Origin: Steroidobacteraceae bacterium | GTDB lineage: Bacteria > Pseudomonadota > Gammaproteobacteria > Steroidobacterales > Steroidobacteraceae | Assembly: GCA_035281265.1 (NCBI GenBank) | Contig: DATEEF010000125.1 | Span: forward strand, 1 to 62,373 | Reading direction: 5' to 3' | Length of the DNA: 62,373 nucleotides | In this document: in pieces, positions 59,866 to 62,373 of the stretch | Position numbering within the stretch: the first letter of the stretch is position 1 | Layout of the letters: every line of letters starts with the position of its first letter | Position numbers and translations under genes: made by a program | The notes under the pieces: generated by a model | What the model saw: the letters and a program-made list of their open reading frames with translations, nothing else | Told to the model about the DNA's origin: nothing | The model's database searches: none

Positions 59866-62100
59866 CTACCTGAAGTTCCTCGCCGGCGCCGCCAGGCTCC
59901 CGAGGAGCGTCGATCGGTCCTCCAGCGCGTCTACCACGACGTGCCGCACCTCGCCCTGCCGTTGCAGCCGTCCGCGCACGCCGAGCAGCCGTGCGGCCAG
60001 CATCGCCTTGCGGTGCGCATCTGCGATGCGGCTCCAGACCACCAGGTTCACGTAACCCGTCTCGTCCTCCAGCGTCACGAAGATCACGCCGCCGGCGCTG
60101 CCCGGGCGCTGGCGCGTGACGACGATCCCGCCGGTCGCGAGCGGCGTGCCGTCGGCGAGCTCCGCCACCTCGGCGGCCGTCAGCCAGCCGTCGGCCGCGA
60201 GCCGCGGCCGCAGGAGGGCGAGCGGATGCCGCGCCAGCGTGAAGCCGAGCGAGCGGTAGTCGGCGACGATGTCCTCGCCCTCGGCCGGCGCCCGCAGGAG
60301 CGGCAGGCCCTCCTCCCGTTCCGCGGGGGGCAGGAGCGGCAGCGCCGGCTCGATCCCCAGCACGTCCCAGGCGGCGCGATGGCGGTGGCCGGCGATGCCG
60401 GCGAGGGCCCCTGCGGCCGCGAGCGCGGCGAGGTCGCGTCGGCCGAGGCTTGCGCGTCGCGCGAGCGCGGCGACCCGGTCGAAGGGCCCATCCGCGCGCG
60501 CGGCCACGATGCGCGCCGCCGCCTCCTGCGCGAGCCCGCGTACCCGGTCGAGCCCGAGGCGCAGCACCGGCAGTCCGCCGGTGCCGGCCTCCAGCGTCGA
60601 CTCCGCCCCGCTCGCATTGACGTCCGCGGCGAGCACCGTGACGCCATGGGAGCGCGCGTCGCGCACGAGTTGCGCCGGCGCGTAGAAGCCCATCGGCTGG
60701 CTGTTGAGGAGCGCGCAGCAGAACGCGGCGGGCTCGTGCCGCTTGAGCCAGGCGGAGGCATAGACGAGCAGCGCGAAGCTGGCGGCATGCGATTCCGGGA
60801 AGCCGTACTCGCCGAAGCCGAGGATCTGCTGGAAGATCCGGTCCGCGAACTCCTCGCTGTATCCGCGCGCGCGCAGCCCCCCCTTCAGCTTCGCCTCGAA
60901 CGGCTCGAGCCCGCCGCGGCGCTTCCAGGCCGCCATCGCGCGGCGGAGTCCATCGGCCTCGCCGGGCGTGAAGCCCGCGGCCACGATCGCGAGCTGCATG
61001 ACCTGCTCCTGGAAGATCGGCACGCCGAGCGTCCGCGCGAGCACCCCCTCCACCTCCGGCCCCGGGTAGGCGACGGGCTCCTCGCCGCTGCGCCTGCGGA
61101 GGTAGGGGTGGACCATCTGCCCCTGGATCGGCCCCGGCCGGACGATTGCGACCTCGATGCAGAGGTCGTAGTAATTCTCCGGCCGCAGCCGCGGCAGCAT
61201 CGCCATCTGTGCGCGCGACTCGATCTGGAACACGCCGACCGTGTCCGCGCGGCAGATCATCTTGTAGACCTCGGGGTCCTCGGCCGGGATGTCCTCGAGG
61301 CGGAACTCCGATCCCCGGCGCGCCGAGACGAGCGCGAGCGCGCGCCGGATGGCGGTCAGCATGCCGAGGCCGAGGACGTCGACCTTGAGGAGCCGGAGCT
61401 CGTCGAGGTCGTCCTTGTCCCACTGGATCACCGTGCGCTCCGGCATCGCCGCGTTCTCGATCGGCACCAGCTCCTCGAGCGGCCCGCGCGAGATCACGAA
61501 TCCCCCCGTGTGCTGCGACAGGTGGCGCGGGAAGCCGATCAGCTCACGCGTCAGCGCGACGAGCCGCGCGACGGCCGGGTTCGAGGGGTCGAAACCGGCG
61601 TCGCGGATGCGCGAATCCTCCACCTCGCGGCCATCCCACCACTGCATGCCGCCCGCGAGGCGCTCGACCTGTGCCGCGTCGAGCCCGAGCGCCTTGCCGG
61701 TGTCGCGCACGGCGCTCTTCGGGCGGTAGCAGATCACCGTCGCGGTGAGGGCGGCGCGCGCGCGGCCGTACTTCGCGTAGAGGTACTGGATCACCTCCTC
61801 GCGCCGCTCGTGCTCGAAGTCGACGTCGATGTCGGGCGGCTCGTTGCGCTCGCGCGAGATGAAGCGCTCGAACAGCATCGACATGCGCGCAGGGTCCACT
61901 TCCGTGATGCCGAGCGCGTAGCAGGCGGCCGAGTTCGCCGCCGAGCCGCGCCCCTGGCACAGGATGCCGCGCCCGCGCGCGAACTCGACCAGGTCGTGCA
62001 CGGTCAGGAAGTAACGCTCGTAGCCGAGCTCGGCGATCAGGGCGAGCTCGCGCCCGATGAGCCGCCGGACGGCCGGCGGCGTCCCTGCGGGCCAGCGCCG
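59866..62100 (-). pseudogene. dnaE2: error-prone DNA polymerase DnaE2 (ImuC), C-terminal ~750 aa only; the N-terminal PHP region is missing
   Basis: [69 protein letters not shown] ... ends ..[19 protein letters not shown]. Recognisable similarity stops near 62100. The rest of ORF 59866..62349 is antisense to another dnaE2-like segment. Confidence 0.7.
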
Positions 62101-62112
62101 CGCCGCGCGACC

Positions 62113-62373
62113 CTGCTGTTCGGCCGCTTCATCAGTGCCGAACGCAACGAGCCGCCGGACATCGACATCGACTTCGAGCACCAGCGGCGCGAAGAGGTCA
62201 TGCAGTACATCTACGGCAAGTATGGGCGGCATCGTGCCGCGCTCACGGCGGTGGTCATCTGCTACCGGCCGCGCTCGGCGGTGCGCGATGTGGGCCGCGC
62301 ACTCGGCATCGACCTGCAGCGCATCGACGCCGTGGCCAAGGGCCAGCACTGGTTCGACGGCCGCAGCATCAGC
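62113..62373 (+). pseudogene. second, diverged dnaE2-like coding segment on the opposite strand; starts abruptly mid-gene and runs off the window
   Basis: The + frame reads [87 protein letters not shown]. It aligns to residues encoded at 61621-61875 of the minus copy, with 59/85 identical by hand count. Confidence 0.6.

Overview
High-GC (about 68-70% by eye) proteobacterial chromosome segment. Gene order is typical of Gammaproteobacteria: ftsK-lolA-rarA-serS, aat-infA facing clpA-clpS, ruvCAB-ybgC-tolQRAB-pal-cpoB-queEC, and sucA-sucB-lpdA. I support about 62 protein-coding genes, 4 tRNAs (Lys-UUU, Arg-CCU, Ala-CGC, Ser-UGA), one FNR-type operator and two hairpin elements between convergent genes. 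I saw no rRNA, CRISPR array, transposase, integrase or phage genes. Most of the window is conserved housekeeping: Tol-Pal, Ruv resolvasome, RelA, 2-oxoglutarate dehydrogenase, FtsK, ClpAS, and the T2SS core gspCDEF. Accessory content includes an ABC exporter, CstA-YbdD, an OafA-type acyltransferase and an FNR plus quinol-NO-reductase module. The candidates I rate highest are: (1) 5902-7432, a 54-codon His/Cys-containing ORF 7 nt upstream of a zinc-ribbon / N2227 (carnosine-N-methyltransferase-like) / PqqD-like fusion protein, a possible peptide-modification pair; (2) 35094-39473, a tightly coupled operon of an M14 AstE/DoeB-like deacylase, a GCS2 carboxylate-amine ligase fused to a CBS pair, and a group II PLP decarboxylase, next to tRNA-Ser, a possible orphan small-molecule pathway; (3) about 62100, a head-to-head junction of two diverged, N-terminally truncated dnaE2 copies. 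All functional calls come from motif recognition by eye. No database search was run.
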